This document shows positions 25,627 to 34,381 of a DNA stretch of 54,887 nucleotides, piece after piece. The DNA is from Caulobacteraceae bacterium (lineage in GTDB: Bacteria > Pseudomonadota > Alphaproteobacteria > Caulobacterales > Caulobacteraceae): NCBI GenBank assembly GCA_035648435.1, contig DASRLN010000213.1, forward strand, positions 1 to 54,887. Direction: 5' to 3'. Position numbers and translations under genes: made by a program. Positions within the stretch are counted from its first letter, which is position 1, and each line of letters opens with the position of its first letter. Under the pieces are notes generated by a model that saw nothing but the letters and a program-made list of their open reading frames with translations, ran no database searches and was not told where the DNA came from.

Positions 25627-26717
25627 TAAACGCCCCGCAACAAATCGTTGAAGTCTTTACCCTCGGGGCTCCGCGCGATGCTGATCAGCTTGCCGAATTC
25701 GGCATGCAGCCTCGCGCAGGCGCGGTCGAGCATCGCCTGGGCCTGGGGCTTGGCCCAGTCATTGTCGGCCGCGACGATGATCCGGCGCACGAATTTGGGC
25801 GGGGTGTAGGCCAGCATGCCCGGCAGCGATCCAGCGGCGACGATGCGCAGCTCGGGCGTCATCAGGGCGATCGACAGGCCGTCCTCGACCCCCTCGCAGA
25901 GCACCAGGTCCTCGACCACGCCGCGATCGGCGGCCTCGCGCTCGGTGAGGCCGGTCGCCCCGCGCCACAGCCGGATCGCCGCGCCCTCGCTCTGCGGCCA
26001 CATCTTGCGCGGCGGGTCGAGGTCGGCCTTCTCGCCCGGCCGCGCCGGGTCGATCCAGGTGCGATGGAGCGAGCCGAACTTGCCGTTGGCCAGCGTCATG
26101 CTGCTCATCAGCGCCGGGCCGACGTGGCTGGGCGCGTCCCCTACGCCGTCGTACCACGGCGCGGCCATGGCCACGCGCACGGCCCTCGGCGCCCCGCCCA
26201 GGCGCGCCAGGTCGATGCCGCGCGCGGCCAGATAGGCCCAGCCGGCGTCACCGGGCGCCAGGGCCGCGGCGGCCAGCCACAGTCCGTTGGCGGTGCGCCG
26301 GTTCTCGGCCAGCTCGCGCGCGACCTTGGCTGCCTCCCGCTCGCGCCGGGTCGCCGCCTCCTGGCAGCGGCGCTCCCACGCCGCCTTGTCGAACCCCTCG
26401 GCGGCCAGCCCGAAATAGTCCCGCGCCCACACGATCGCCTCGCGCAGGGCGCCGCGCGCCTTGGGCTCGGGGGCCTGGCTGATCAGGCAGGCCACCAGGC
26501 CCAGGGCGTCGCCGAACCGCCCGGCCTCCCAGTCGTTCCACTTGCCGCGCGGCGACAGGCTGATCTCCAGCTTGGGCTTGGCGTTCTTGCTCCACGGGGC
26601 ATGGCAATACAGCCGTCGGCGATCGCGCCGCGCCACGGAGAGGTGCAGGGCGGCGATGACGTTCTCGATGTCGTCGGCGACCATGCCGGCCAGGCGTTCG
26701 ATCTCGGGATCTCTCAC
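25626..26717 (-). CDS. Toprim-domain DNA primase
   Basis: GDALGLV, YLAARGI, LHRTWI, LCEGVEDGLS, VAADND and KDFNDLL motifs. Confidence 0.9.
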   Translation of the reverse strand: MRDPEIERLAGMVADDIENVIAALHLSVARRDRRRLYCHAPWSKNAKPKLEISLSPRGKWNDWEAGRFGDALGLVACLISQAPEPKARGALREAIVWARDYFGLAAEGFDKAAWERRCQEAATRREREAAKVARELAENRRTANGLWLAAAALAPGDAGWAYLAARGIDLARLGGAPRAVRVAMAAPWYDGVGDAPSHVGPALMSSMTLANGKFGSLHRTWIDPARPGEKADLDPPRKMWPQSEGAAIRLWRGATGLTEREAADRGVVEDLVLCEGVEDGLSIALMTPELRIVAAGSLPGMLAYTPPKFVRRIIVAADNDWAKPQAQAMLDRACARLHAEFGKLISIARSPEGKDFNDLLRGV

Positions 26718-26718
26718 G

Positions 26719-27366
26719 TCAGCGCATCTGGGAGAGCTTGGCGTTTCCCAGGCCGCTGCGGGTGCGGTGCCGGTTCCCCAGCAGCAGGATGGCGCTCTCG
26801 CTCACGGTCTCGCCGTCGAGCGCCCAGCGGCCAGCGGCGAGGCGGCTGGCCTTGCGCTGGAACCGGGCGAGGTAGGCGTTGACGTCGATGGGCGCGTCGG
26901 CCGGGTTAGCCGCCGGCGCCGGTTGCCGGGCCGCCGGCGCCGCCCTCGCCGGCGCGGCGCCGCGCGGTTTCGCCGGCGCGGTGTTCCAGGTGGTCGGCAA
27001 CGACAGGATCACGACCGTGTCCGAGCGCTCGACGATCGCCATCGGCGTGCGCCGGGCCTCGGCGGGCAGTGGCGGGAAGGACGGCAGAAAGAGCTTCGTG
27101 CCGCCGGCGGACGTCGATTTGCAAAGGGTGAACGGCCCGGCGGCGTCGAGTTCGAGCCGCAGGCGGGTCGCGCCGTCTCGCGCATCGACGCTCGCCGACA
27201 CCCGCGCGCCCCGGACGAAGGTTTGGCCAAGTTCCTTCGCGATGAATAGATGGGCGCTGGATAGGGGCGATGCGCCGACGCCCCTGACGATCTGCATGCT
27301 GGCCATCACGTCCAGGTATCGCCCGCCGAATTTCGGTCGCGGGGCCAGTGGGATCCAGTCGGTCAT
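26719..27366 (-). CDS. Phage hypothetical protein
   Basis: MTDWIPLAPRPKFGG..., AAGGA RBS, ATGA overlap with the upstream gene. Confidence 0.55.
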   Translation of the reverse strand: MTDWIPLAPRPKFGGRYLDVMASMQIVRGVGASPLSSAHLFIAKELGQTFVRGARVSASVDARDGATRLRLELDAAGPFTLCKSTSAGGTKLFLPSFPPLPAEARRTPMAIVERSDTVVILSLPTTWNTAPAKPRGAAPARAAPAARQPAPAANPADAPIDVNAYLARFQRKASRLAAGRWALDGETVSESAILLLGNRHRTRSGLGNAKLSQMR

Positions 27367-28058
27367 GCTCGTTTCCTTTCGGGGGGTGTGGCCAGCGTGT
27401 CGAGAAACGCCGCCTCGAGGGTCCACAGATCCTCGGCGGCGGACTTGGCGCGGCGCACGCGGCCGCGTTCGATGACGCGTGGCGCGCCGTCGCGGCCAGG
27501 GGCGACGTAGTCGTCTGGATCGTCGCCGTCGCGGGCGCGCAGATAGCGCTCGGAGGCGTTGTCGACGTTCTGTCGGGTTACGCCGAAAAACACCGCGACA
27601 TTGCCGCTCTTGGCCCGGCCGGCGACGTGGGCCAGGGCCATGGCGGTGGCCCGCAGGGCCCCGGTCGGCGCGGGCGCGCCTTTCCTGGCCGCGCCGGGAA
27701 CCTCGCGGCGGCGGGCGAGCACGAAGCGCCAGGCGGCCAGCGCGATCAGGATGTCGATGGCCAGTTCGTCCTCGTAAGAGATCGGCGGCGAGGCCCGGTC
27801 GGCGCGGATCATGGCCCGGGTCTCGCGCGTCAGGGCGCCGTCCCGGCGCTCGCGCTCGGCGGCGATCCAGTCGGCGAGATCGGGGCGCAGCTGCTCGGGG
27901 TCGAGGGCGACGACGCGGGCGACGTCGAACACCCGGGCGGCCGGCACGGCGCGCCACTGCTGGACCGAGGCGCGGTGGATCGCCAGCGCCCTGGCCAGGG
28001 CGCGGCCGCCGCCGGCGCGGGCCAGGGCCGCGGTCAGGCCCGGGTCCCGGGCCGTCAT
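27363..28058 (-). CDS. Cro/YdaS-like HTH protein with a second, DnaA-domain-IV-like HTH
   Basis: N-terminus GGGRALARALAIHRASVQQWRAVPAARV...LRPDL; C-terminus RATAMALAHV...VAVFFGVTRQNVDNA. Confidence 0.65.
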   Translation of the reverse strand: MTARDPGLTAALARAGGGRALARALAIHRASVQQWRAVPAARVFDVARVVALDPEQLRPDLADWIAAERERRDGALTRETRAMIRADRASPPISYEDELAIDILIALAAWRFVLARRREVPGAARKGAPAPTGALRATAMALAHVAGRAKSGNVAVFFGVTRQNVDNASERYLRARDGDDPDDYVAPGRDGAPRVIERGRVRRAKSAAEDLWTLEAAFLDTLATPPERKRA

Positions 28059-28189
28059 GTGGCTTCCTCATCCTCGAGGTCCTCGAACGGCGTGTCGAGG
28101 GCGTCGAGCATGTCGATCGCCGTCTCGATGACGTATTCGAGCCACGCCCGGAGCCGCTCTCGCTGGCATGACGCCCCCCCCCCGGCCAC
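28055..28189 (-). CDS. Small acidic phage protein containing a G10 tract
   Basis: GTG at 28189 gives VAGGGASCQRERLRAWLEYVIETAIDMLDALD...; its stop overlaps the next ATG. Confidence 0.45.
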   Translation of the reverse strand: MAGGGASCQRERLRAWLEYVIETAIDMLDALDTPFEDLEDEEAT

Positions 28190-28191
28190 TG

Positions 28192-28575
28192 TCAGTCGCG
28201 CAGATAGTAGGGGCGCGGCCCCATGACGCCCTCGCCGACGGGCGCCTGGACGGCCAGACCGGCATACTGGCCGCCGAGCACCACCCAGACGTCGGCGAGG
28301 AGATTGCCGAGCTGGGCGCCCCGGTCGGCGCGGAAGTCCGGCGAGCCGGTGGCGAATTCCTCGGCGGCGCGCAGGAAATGCACGAGGGTCCGCTGCTCGG
28401 CTTCGTCGCGCGTCGGAAACAGCACCTTGGCCGTCGATCGGCACTTGCGCGCCAGATCGCCCATCACCGCGACGCTGGCCAGCGGCCCGCGCCGGCTCTC
28501 GGCCAGCGCCCCGGCCGCGCGCATGGCGAGGCCGCGCCACTTGGCGACGTCGGCGCTGGACCACGTGTGGGGCAC
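28192..28575 (-). CDS. Phage hypothetical protein
   Basis: 127 aa, tightly packed after cro. Confidence 0.55.
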   Translation of the reverse strand: MPHTWSSADVAKWRGLAMRAAGALAESRRGPLASVAVMGDLARKCRSTAKVLFPTRDEAEQRTLVHFLRAAEEFATGSPDFRADRGAQLGNLLADVWVVLGGQYAGLAVQAPVGEGVMGPRPYYLRD

Positions 28576-28576
28576 G

Positions 28577-28855
28577 CTAGGCGGCCTCGCCGAACACGTA
28601 CCGCTCGCCGCTCATCGGCTCGAATTCGAGCGATGATAGACAGACGCCGCAGTCACGTTGCGCGCCATCGACGATGGCCTGGCGCAAGCGGTGTGGCACG
28701 ACGCCGCCGGTGCCGTTACGCTTCGGTGGCCAGCACCACGAATAGACCCTCGACGGGTGCCTCCCGGACCATTCGGCCAGGCGCGCCACGCCGAACCGGC
28801 GGATCAGCCGGAGCGCGGGCGTGGGCGTGGGGTGCTGTGGTGACGCTTTTGGCAT
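28577..28855 (-). CDS. Cro-like repressor
   Basis: LIRRFGVARLAEWSGRHPSRVYSW...GTGGVVP; divergent from CI. Confidence 0.75.
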   Translation of the reverse strand: MPKASPQHPTPTPALRLIRRFGVARLAEWSGRHPSRVYSWCWPPKRNGTGGVVPHRLRQAIVDGAQRDCGVCLSSLEFEPMSGERYVFGEAA

Positions 28856-28860
28856 TTCGT

Positions 28861-28930
28861 GGTTTCCGCGATAGAGGTGGCGGGTGATTTGCGGAAACCG
28901 TCAAGTCCTTCGTTTCGCGCTTTCTGCGAA
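28861..28930. promoter_or_regulatory. CI/Cro switch operators and promoter
   Basis: GGTTTCCGCGAT (28861), inverted GCGGAAACC (28891), GTTTCGCGC (28912); minus-strand TTGACG at 28904-28899. Confidence 0.65.
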
Positions 28931-28940
28931 TGGTCGCGAC

Positions 28941-29501
28941 ATGAGAGGCGCGGACATCAAGGAGCGGTTGGAACGGAGTGGCCGGAGCCAGAGTGCGCTC
29001 GGCCGCCATCTCGGCCGCGACGTCCACCACGTCGGCCGGCTGATCCGCAGCCCGCGCGAGCTGACGCCGAGCGTGGCGGCCCAGGTCGAGAGCTTCTTCG
29101 CGACCGATGTCCCGGCCGACCCCGGAACGATCAGGATCCCGGTCTTTGGTTACGCGGCGGCCGGCGGCGAAGAACGCATATCCCTGGCGTCAGACCATGT
29201 GTTCGACGAGATCGAGGTGCCGATCGGCCTGGTGCGGGGCGACGCCATGGGTATCCGGGTCGCTGGCGATTCGATGGAGCCCAGACTGTTTTCGGGCGAG
29301 CTGCTGATCGTCGCGCGCGGCGTGGCCCCGGCTAGGTTCGGGGACTGCGTCGTCGAGCTGCGCGACGGGACCGCCGTGGTCAAGCAGTATCGCGGCCAGC
29401 GGGACGGCAAGGTTTATCTCTACCAGTTCAATCCGGAGCGTGAGTTTCCGGTGGAAGGCGCGCTGGTGAAGGCGCTGCATGCTGTCGTTTATCGAAGGTG
29501 A
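28941..29501 (+). CDS. CI-like repressor (HTH plus S24 peptidase)
   Basis: HTH SQSALGRHLG; S24 motifs IPVFGYAAAG, RVAGDSMEP and VVK. Confidence 0.9.
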   Translation: MRGADIKERLERSGRSQSALGRHLGRDVHHVGRLIRSPRELTPSVAAQVESFFATDVPADPGTIRIPVFGYAAAGGEERISLASDHVFDEIEVPIGLVRGDAMGIRVAGDSMEPRLFSGELLIVARGVAPARFGDCVVELRDGTAVVKQYRGQRDGKVYLYQFNPEREFPVEGALVKALHAVVYRR

Positions 29502-29862
29502 AACCGTCTTCCCATTGCCAGAACATCGCGTACGCCACGCCCAGCGAAACGAGGACTTCAGCATAACCTAACGGGCCGCCCCACGTCACAGACATCGAAA
29601 CGGCCGCTCGCGCGGTTTCGATCGCCAGGAGGGCGGCGATGACGACGAAAATCAGCCGCACGAGGTATGGCCGAAAGAGGCGGTCGCACACCCACCGGGC
29701 CGCGCCCATGCCCACGAGGTTGGCTGCGATTGCGCTGCCCAGGGTGATGAGGGGGTCGCGCATCAATCCGCCGAGGTAGGCGAACGGCAGCAGCGCGACC
29801 GTCGTGACCAGCGCCCAGATCAACGGCGCCACGACGGCGGCCAGTGCGGTGCGCCAAATCAT
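29428..29862 (-). CDS. Multi-TM membrane protein (moron-like)
   Basis: About 4 hydrophobic segments; opposite strand to its neighbours; codon use differs from flanks. Confidence 0.6.
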   Translation of the reverse strand: MIWRTALAAVVAPLIWALVTTVALLPFAYLGGLMRDPLITLGSAIAANLVGMGAARWVCDRLFRPYLVRLIFVVIAALLAIETARAAVSMSVTWGGPLGYAEVLVSLGVAYAMFWQWEDGFTFDKRQHAAPSPARLPPETHAPD

Positions 29863-29904
29863 CGGAATTCCTCCCCGCTCCACAGATCTTCTCATTCTGG
29901 GCGC

Positions 29905-29960
29905 TTGACACGCCGCGCGAAACACGAAAACCATCGCGCCTCATTCGCGGTTTCCGCGAT
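29905..29960 (+). promoter_or_regulatory. Early promoter/operator
   Basis: TTGACA at 29905, GCGCGAAAC at 29915 and GGTTTCCGCGAT at 29949 repeat the cro/cI operator motifs. Confidence 0.65.
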
Positions 29961-30005
29961 GATTGTCCCACGTGAAACGCCGCGAGGTGCGGTGAGGAGG
30001 GTCCG

Positions 30006-30257
30006 ATGGGTGAGGCGAATGCGGCGAACGCGGCGATGTCGCCGCTGGCGGGGCTGGTCGAGCGGCTGGAGCGGCTGCGCGAGGACCGGCGCCAGATCGA
30101 GGCCGATCTTTCCGAGGTCTATGGCGAGGCCAAGGCGGCTGGCTTCGAGGTCAAGGCGCTGAAGGCCCTGCTCGCCCGGCGCGCCCAGGACACCCGCGCC
30201 GCCGGCGAACTCGACAGCCTGGTCGATCTCTACGCCGCTTCGCTGGCGGGTCGGTGA
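30006..30257 (+). CDS. gapR: GapR (DUF2312) family nucleoid-associated protein, phage copy
   Basis: LVERLERLREDRRQIEADLSEVYGEAKAAGFEVKALK...LVDLY matches the family pattern. Confidence 0.85.
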   Translation: MGEANAANAAMSPLAGLVERLERLREDRRQIEADLSEVYGEAKAAGFEVKALKALLARRAQDTRAAGELDSLVDLYAASLAGR

Positions 30258-30499
30258 TGGGCGAGGTCGTCGCCTTGTTCGGCGCGGCCGGGGGCGCGCC
30301 TCCGTCCGCCGCCCAGCGCGCGGCCTTTCGGCTGGGAATGATCCGCGCCCGGGTGGCCGGCGCCGCCGACTGCCTGAGCGGGGCGCGGGCCTTCGGCCAT
30401 GCCGGGGCCTACGAACGCGGGCTGGCGGCCGGCTTGGCGATCCGCGAGGGGTTTCACGTCCTGCCGGCGGCGCGGTCGCGACGGCGCCGGCCATGGTGA
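30254..30499 (+). CDS. Phage hypothetical protein
   Basis: Overlapping start/stop within the early operon. Confidence 0.45.
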   Translation: MMGEVVALFGAAGGAPPSAAQRAAFRLGMIRARVAGAADCLSGARAFGHAGAYERGLAAGLAIREGFHVLPAARSRRRRPW

Positions 30500-30783
30500 T
30501 GGAGCTGAGCCCGCTGGACACCGTCACCGCCGTCCTGGCGTCCCTGACCGACGTCCGCGACCCTCTCGCCGTCGATGTCGGCTACGCCCGCGTGCTCAGC
30601 GCCGACCGGTCGCCCGTCGGCCTGGTGTGGGCGCGCGGCGAGGGCGTCGATGCCCTGTTCTCGGCGCGCACGGCCAGGACGATCGCCGCACGGATCGTCG
30701 CCTCGTGTTGCTTCCCCTTCGCGCTCGCCACGCGCTTCCGCGAGGCGGCCGACCGTGCCGATGGCCTGAGGCTGGACGCATGA
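30493..30783 (+). CDS. Phage hypothetical protein
   Basis: 96 aa, coupled within the early operon. Confidence 0.5.
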   Translation: MVMELSPLDTVTAVLASLTDVRDPLAVDVGYARVLSADRSPVGLVWARGEGVDALFSARTARTIAARIVASCCFPFALATRFREAADRADGLRLDA

Positions 30784-31007
30784 GCGCGCCGCGCCTGAAG
30801 AAAGCCGAAATCGAGGCGCTGCGCGAGGTGCGCGCCGCCGGTACCGAGGGCCTGACCCTCTACCCGTGGGCCGGCTTTTTCTGCAGCGGGGGCAAGCTCC
30901 ACGTCAGCACCTTTCGGCCCCTCGCCGGCCGTGGCCTGCTCGATGTGATCGGCGGCAAGATCTACATCTCGGCCGCCGGGCTCGCGCTCCTGGGTGGCGT
31001 GCCGTGA
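30780..31007 (+). CDS. Phage hypothetical protein (possible winged helix)
   Basis: MSAPRLKKAEIEALREV...LAGRGLLDV...IYISAAG; ATGA and GTGA overlaps. Confidence 0.5.
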   Translation: MSAPRLKKAEIEALREVRAAGTEGLTLYPWAGFFCSGGKLHVSTFRPLAGRGLLDVIGGKIYISAAGLALLGGVP

Positions 31008-31330
31008 CCGACGACATCGACCTGCGCGGCCTCGCCGTCGAGCTGCACCGATCCTATTCGTGGGCCAGCCGGAACTGGCGCGAGCTCTGCGAGCAGGAAG
31101 GCCTGCCATGGCCGTTCGTCGGCCGCGGCGCCGGCGGCCGGCCGTGGTGGACGCGCGCCGCCGTCCGCGCCTGGAAGGGGGGGCAGGGGAGCGGCAGGAT
31201 CGCGCAACCCACCGACGATCCCCGCGCCTATCTCGAGGGGGTTCTGGCGGCGATCGCCAATGATCCCCTGCCGATCCGCGACGCCGACGAAAGCCGCGTC
31301 GCCCAGCTCCTCGCCGCCGCCGGCGGCTAG
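31004..31330 (+). CDS. Excisionase/AlpA-like HTH protein
   Basis: LRGLAVELHRSYSW...GLPWP...RPWWTRAAVRAW pattern; same operon as the integrase. Confidence 0.55.
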   Translation: MTDDIDLRGLAVELHRSYSWASRNWRELCEQEGLPWPFVGRGAGGRPWWTRAAVRAWKGGQGSGRIAQPTDDPRAYLEGVLAAIANDPLPIRDADESRVAQLLAAAGG

Positions 31331-31363
31331 GCCCACCGCTCAAGCCCCAAGGAGGAAACGAGC

Positions 31364-31686
31364 ATGTCGAAAGTGATGGAAGCAGACCGCCCGGAAACGG
31401 CGGCCGAACAGCCCAAGGGCGAGCCGGGGACGCCGGTGATCGTGCGCACCCAAAGCGCCGGCGTCCACTTCGGATACCTGTTCAAGCATCGGGGCAAGGA
31501 AGTCGAACTCGTGCGCTCGCGTCGCATCTGGCGCTGGTACGGGGCCAACACTCTGAGCGAGATCGCCACCGCCGGCCTCGACGTCGCCAGATCCCGGGTC
31601 GCCGCGCCGGTCTCTATCATCCTCACCGAGGTGATCGAGATCATCAGCTGCACGCCGGAGGCCGTGGCGAAGATCGAGGCCGCGAA

Positions 31687-31699
<13 letters not shown>
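31364..31699 (+). CDS. DUF6948-like phage protein
   Basis: VIVRTQSAGVHFG...SRRIWRWYGANTLSEIA...EII; AGGAGG RBS. Confidence 0.75.
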
Positions 31700-31944
<245 letters not shown>

Positions 31945-31948
31945 TCCC

Positions 31949-31999
31949 AGGCCGCTCGGCGGAGCTCGTGGGCTTCGCGCTCGCACCGCCGAGCGGCCT
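31949..31999 (+). terminator. Strong hairpin after the Gly-X ORF
   Basis: AGGCCGCTCGGCGG...CCGCCGAGCGGCCT 14-bp stem followed by CCTTTCC. Confidence 0.55.
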
Positions 32000-32028
32000 C
32001 CTTTCCACCCCATCAACCAGGAGCAAAC

Positions 32029-32250
32029 ATGCCCCGCGCCAGCGAACAGAACGACATCACCAGCATCCATACCGGCCGTCGGATCACCAGGATCACCGAT
32101 TGGCGAGCCCGGCGCGCCGGCGCCTACATCACCATCTACGGCTACGGACCCGGCAACATCACCGTCAGGGTCACGGAGATCGAGCGGATCGAGGCTGGCA
32201 GTCCGGTGACCGCCGTCGACAAGCATGGGCAGCGGTGGACACTGGCCTGA
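32029..32250 (+). CDS. Phage hypothetical protein
   Basis: 73 aa with an AGGAG RBS. Confidence 0.55.
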   Translation: MPRASEQNDITSIHTGRRITRITDWRARRAGAYITIYGYGPGNITVRVTEIERIEAGSPVTAVDKHGQRWTLA

Positions 32251-32252
32251 CG

Positions 32253-32741
32253 ATGGGCGAACTCTTCGGCCGGCCGATGAAGGCGCTCTCGCTCTGGCAG
32301 CCTTGGGCGGCGCTGATGGCGGCGCACGTCAAGCTGCATGAGACGCGCCACTGGAAGACGGCTTATCGCGGCCCCATCGCCATCCACGCGGCCAAGCGGC
32401 TCGACGTCGCCGGCGCGCCGGAGGATCTGTGCATCGCCGCCCTGGGCGCCGATTGGCGCACGACGATCCCGCTGGGCGCCGTGGTCGCGGTCGGGCGCCT
32501 GACCGGCTGCCGCGACGCCCATCTCATCCGACGCCTGGTCACCGCCGGCGACCTCGAGGCCGGCAATTTCTCAGGCGGCCGGTTCGCCTGGCGCGTCGAG
32601 GATCTGCGCGAGCTCATCGAGCCGATCCCGACGCTCGGCCGCCAGGGCCTGTTCGACTGGCTCGCGCCGGCCGACCTTGCGGACCGGCTGAAACCGGCCT
32701 TTGATCACGCCGAGGCCTGCCGCGTCATCGGCTGGGCCTGA
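32253..32741 (+). CDS. ASCH domain protein
   Basis: MKALSLWQPWA...KLHETRHW...YRGPIAIHA...GRQGLF. Confidence 0.88.
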   Translation: MGELFGRPMKALSLWQPWAALMAAHVKLHETRHWKTAYRGPIAIHAAKRLDVAGAPEDLCIAALGADWRTTIPLGAVVAVGRLTGCRDAHLIRRLVTAGDLEAGNFSGGRFAWRVEDLRELIEPIPTLGRQGLFDWLAPADLADRLKPAFDHAEACRVIGWA

Positions 32742-32752
32742 AGGAGCCGACC

Positions 32753-34051
32753 ATGCTCGTCCTGCGCAATGGCCTGAAATGGCGCGACGGCCGCCCCCGC
32801 TGGGAGCCGTCGCCCGCCAGCCGGGCGCTGGGCCTCAAGGGGCTCGACCTCAAGCGTCCCGACGGGACCTGGATGGACCGGGGCGAGGCGATCGGCGCGG
32901 CCGACGCGCGGGCGCTGTGGGCGGCCATGCTGCGGGCGGCGGCCGCCGGCGGTATCCCCGGCGCCGAGGCCCTGGCCGATCTGCGCCGGGTGCTCGACCG
33001 GCTGACGGCGCCGGCCGACCCCACGGCCGCCGCCAGGCGGGCGCTGATCGGCGACCTGCTGGCCGCCGCCAGGACGCGCCTGGGCGAAGCCGTCCAGGCC
33101 GGCGACCGGATCCCGGCGCGCCGGGAGCGCACCGTGGCCCGGATGGTCGAGGCCTATTTCGCCTCGGACGATGTGTCGATCGCGCCGGCGACCCGGAACG
33201 CCTACGGCACCCACGGCCGGCGCCTGGTCGCACGGCATGGCGAGGCGCGGGTGGCCGAGGTCACCCGCGGCCAGCTGGTCGCCTGGTACCGCGAGCTCAC
33301 CGCCGGCGGCCTCGGCCTGGCCAACGCCAACCAGTGCATGGGCGCGACGGCCGCCTTCTTCGCCTGGGCCGCGCGGCAGGATCCGCCGTGGCTCGGCGCC
33401 TCGCCGGCCCGCGAACTGGGCCTCAAGGCCGCGCCCGGCCGTCGGGTGTTCTGGTCGATGGAGGCCGAACGCGCCTTCGTCGGCTGGGCCGACGCCAACG
33501 GCTACGCCGACATCGCCGACGGGATCGTCGCCGGCCTGTGGACGGGGGCCCGGATCGGCGACATCTGCGCCGCCAACCTGTCGCACCTGGCCGGCGAGGT
33601 CTGGCGCTTCACGCCGGCCAAGACCGCCAAGCGCGGTCAAGAGGCCATGCCGGCGATCATGGAGCCGCTGCGCGCCCGCATCGCACGCCGGCGCGGCCAG
33701 CTGGTGGCGGCGATCGACGGGGCGTTCCTGTTCGACCCCCGCAGCGGCCGGCGCTACGACGCCAACACCTTCGGCCACCGATTCGGCCTGGCGCGGGCCA
33801 CGTTCGCGGCCCAGGAAGGGGCGCCAGAGGGCTTCTCAGGGTTGAGGGTCCAGGACACGCGGGACACCTGCATCACCCGCCTGTGGGAATCTGGCGTGGC
33901 GCCCAGCCGCATGTGGCCGTGGACCGGCCACAGCCAACGCAGCATCGAAGCGATCCTGCGCGAACACTACATCGTCCTGCGCGAGCAAGGCGCCCTGGCC
34001 ATGGCCGGGCAGCTGGCCACCTGGGCCCGGGCGCAGGGGGTGGCGTTGTGA
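32753..34051 (+). CDS. int: Tyrosine recombinase (phage integrase)
   Basis: TGARIGD (catalytic R), KT, QDTRDT (HxxR box with Q), TGHS and HY. Confidence 0.9.
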   Translation: MLVLRNGLKWRDGRPRWEPSPASRALGLKGLDLKRPDGTWMDRGEAIGAADARALWAAMLRAAAAGGIPGAEALADLRRVLDRLTAPADPTAAARRALIGDLLAAARTRLGEAVQAGDRIPARRERTVARMVEAYFASDDVSIAPATRNAYGTHGRRLVARHGEARVAEVTRGQLVAWYRELTAGGLGLANANQCMGATAAFFAWAARQDPPWLGASPARELGLKAAPGRRVFWSMEAERAFVGWADANGYADIADGIVAGLWTGARIGDICAANLSHLAGEVWRFTPAKTAKRGQEAMPAIMEPLRARIARRRGQLVAAIDGAFLFDPRSGRRYDANTFGHRFGLARATFAAQEGAPEGFSGLRVQDTRDTCITRLWESGVAPSRMWPWTGHSQRSIEAILREHYIVLREQGALAMAGQLATWARAQGVAL

Positions 34052-34251
34052 ACACGACTTACGCGATCGACTTCGTCGTCGAGGGAACGATCTGCCAGAA
34101 GACCGCCGCGTGGCCTTCAGTTCCGGCGTGCGGTGACGTAGTTCGCTTGGCGCTTACGCCGGCGCGGGATTTCATGGTCTTCGGTCGCCGGTGGCGCGGT
34201 CCGACCGCCGTCGAGCTGTTCGGCTCGCTCCACGATCCTGCCGGAACGTAG
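34048..34251 (+). CDS. Small phage hypothetical protein
   Basis: GTGA overlap with the integrase stop; 67 aa. Confidence 0.45.
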   Translation: MNTTYAIDFVVEGTICQKTAAWPSVPACGDVVRLALTPARDFMVFGRRWRGPTAVELFGSLHDPAGT

Positions 34252-34269
34252 CCTGAACGCGCCGGCCCG

Positions 34270-34373
34270 AAGTCGGACGTCCGACTTGCGCGAAGTCGGA
34301 AAAGTCGGAAATAGGCCGGCTTTCCCCAGGTAATTCAGAGACGCCACTAACAACGCTTTCAAACGCTTGTTAG
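34270..34373. other. Putative attR region (arm-type repeats and core inverted repeat)
   Basis: AAGTCGGACGTCCGACTT palindrome, two more AAGTCGGA copies, and CTAACA-N15-TGTTAG; AT-rich; between int and the first host gene. Confidence 0.6.
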
Positions 34374-34381
34374 AGGGGGGC

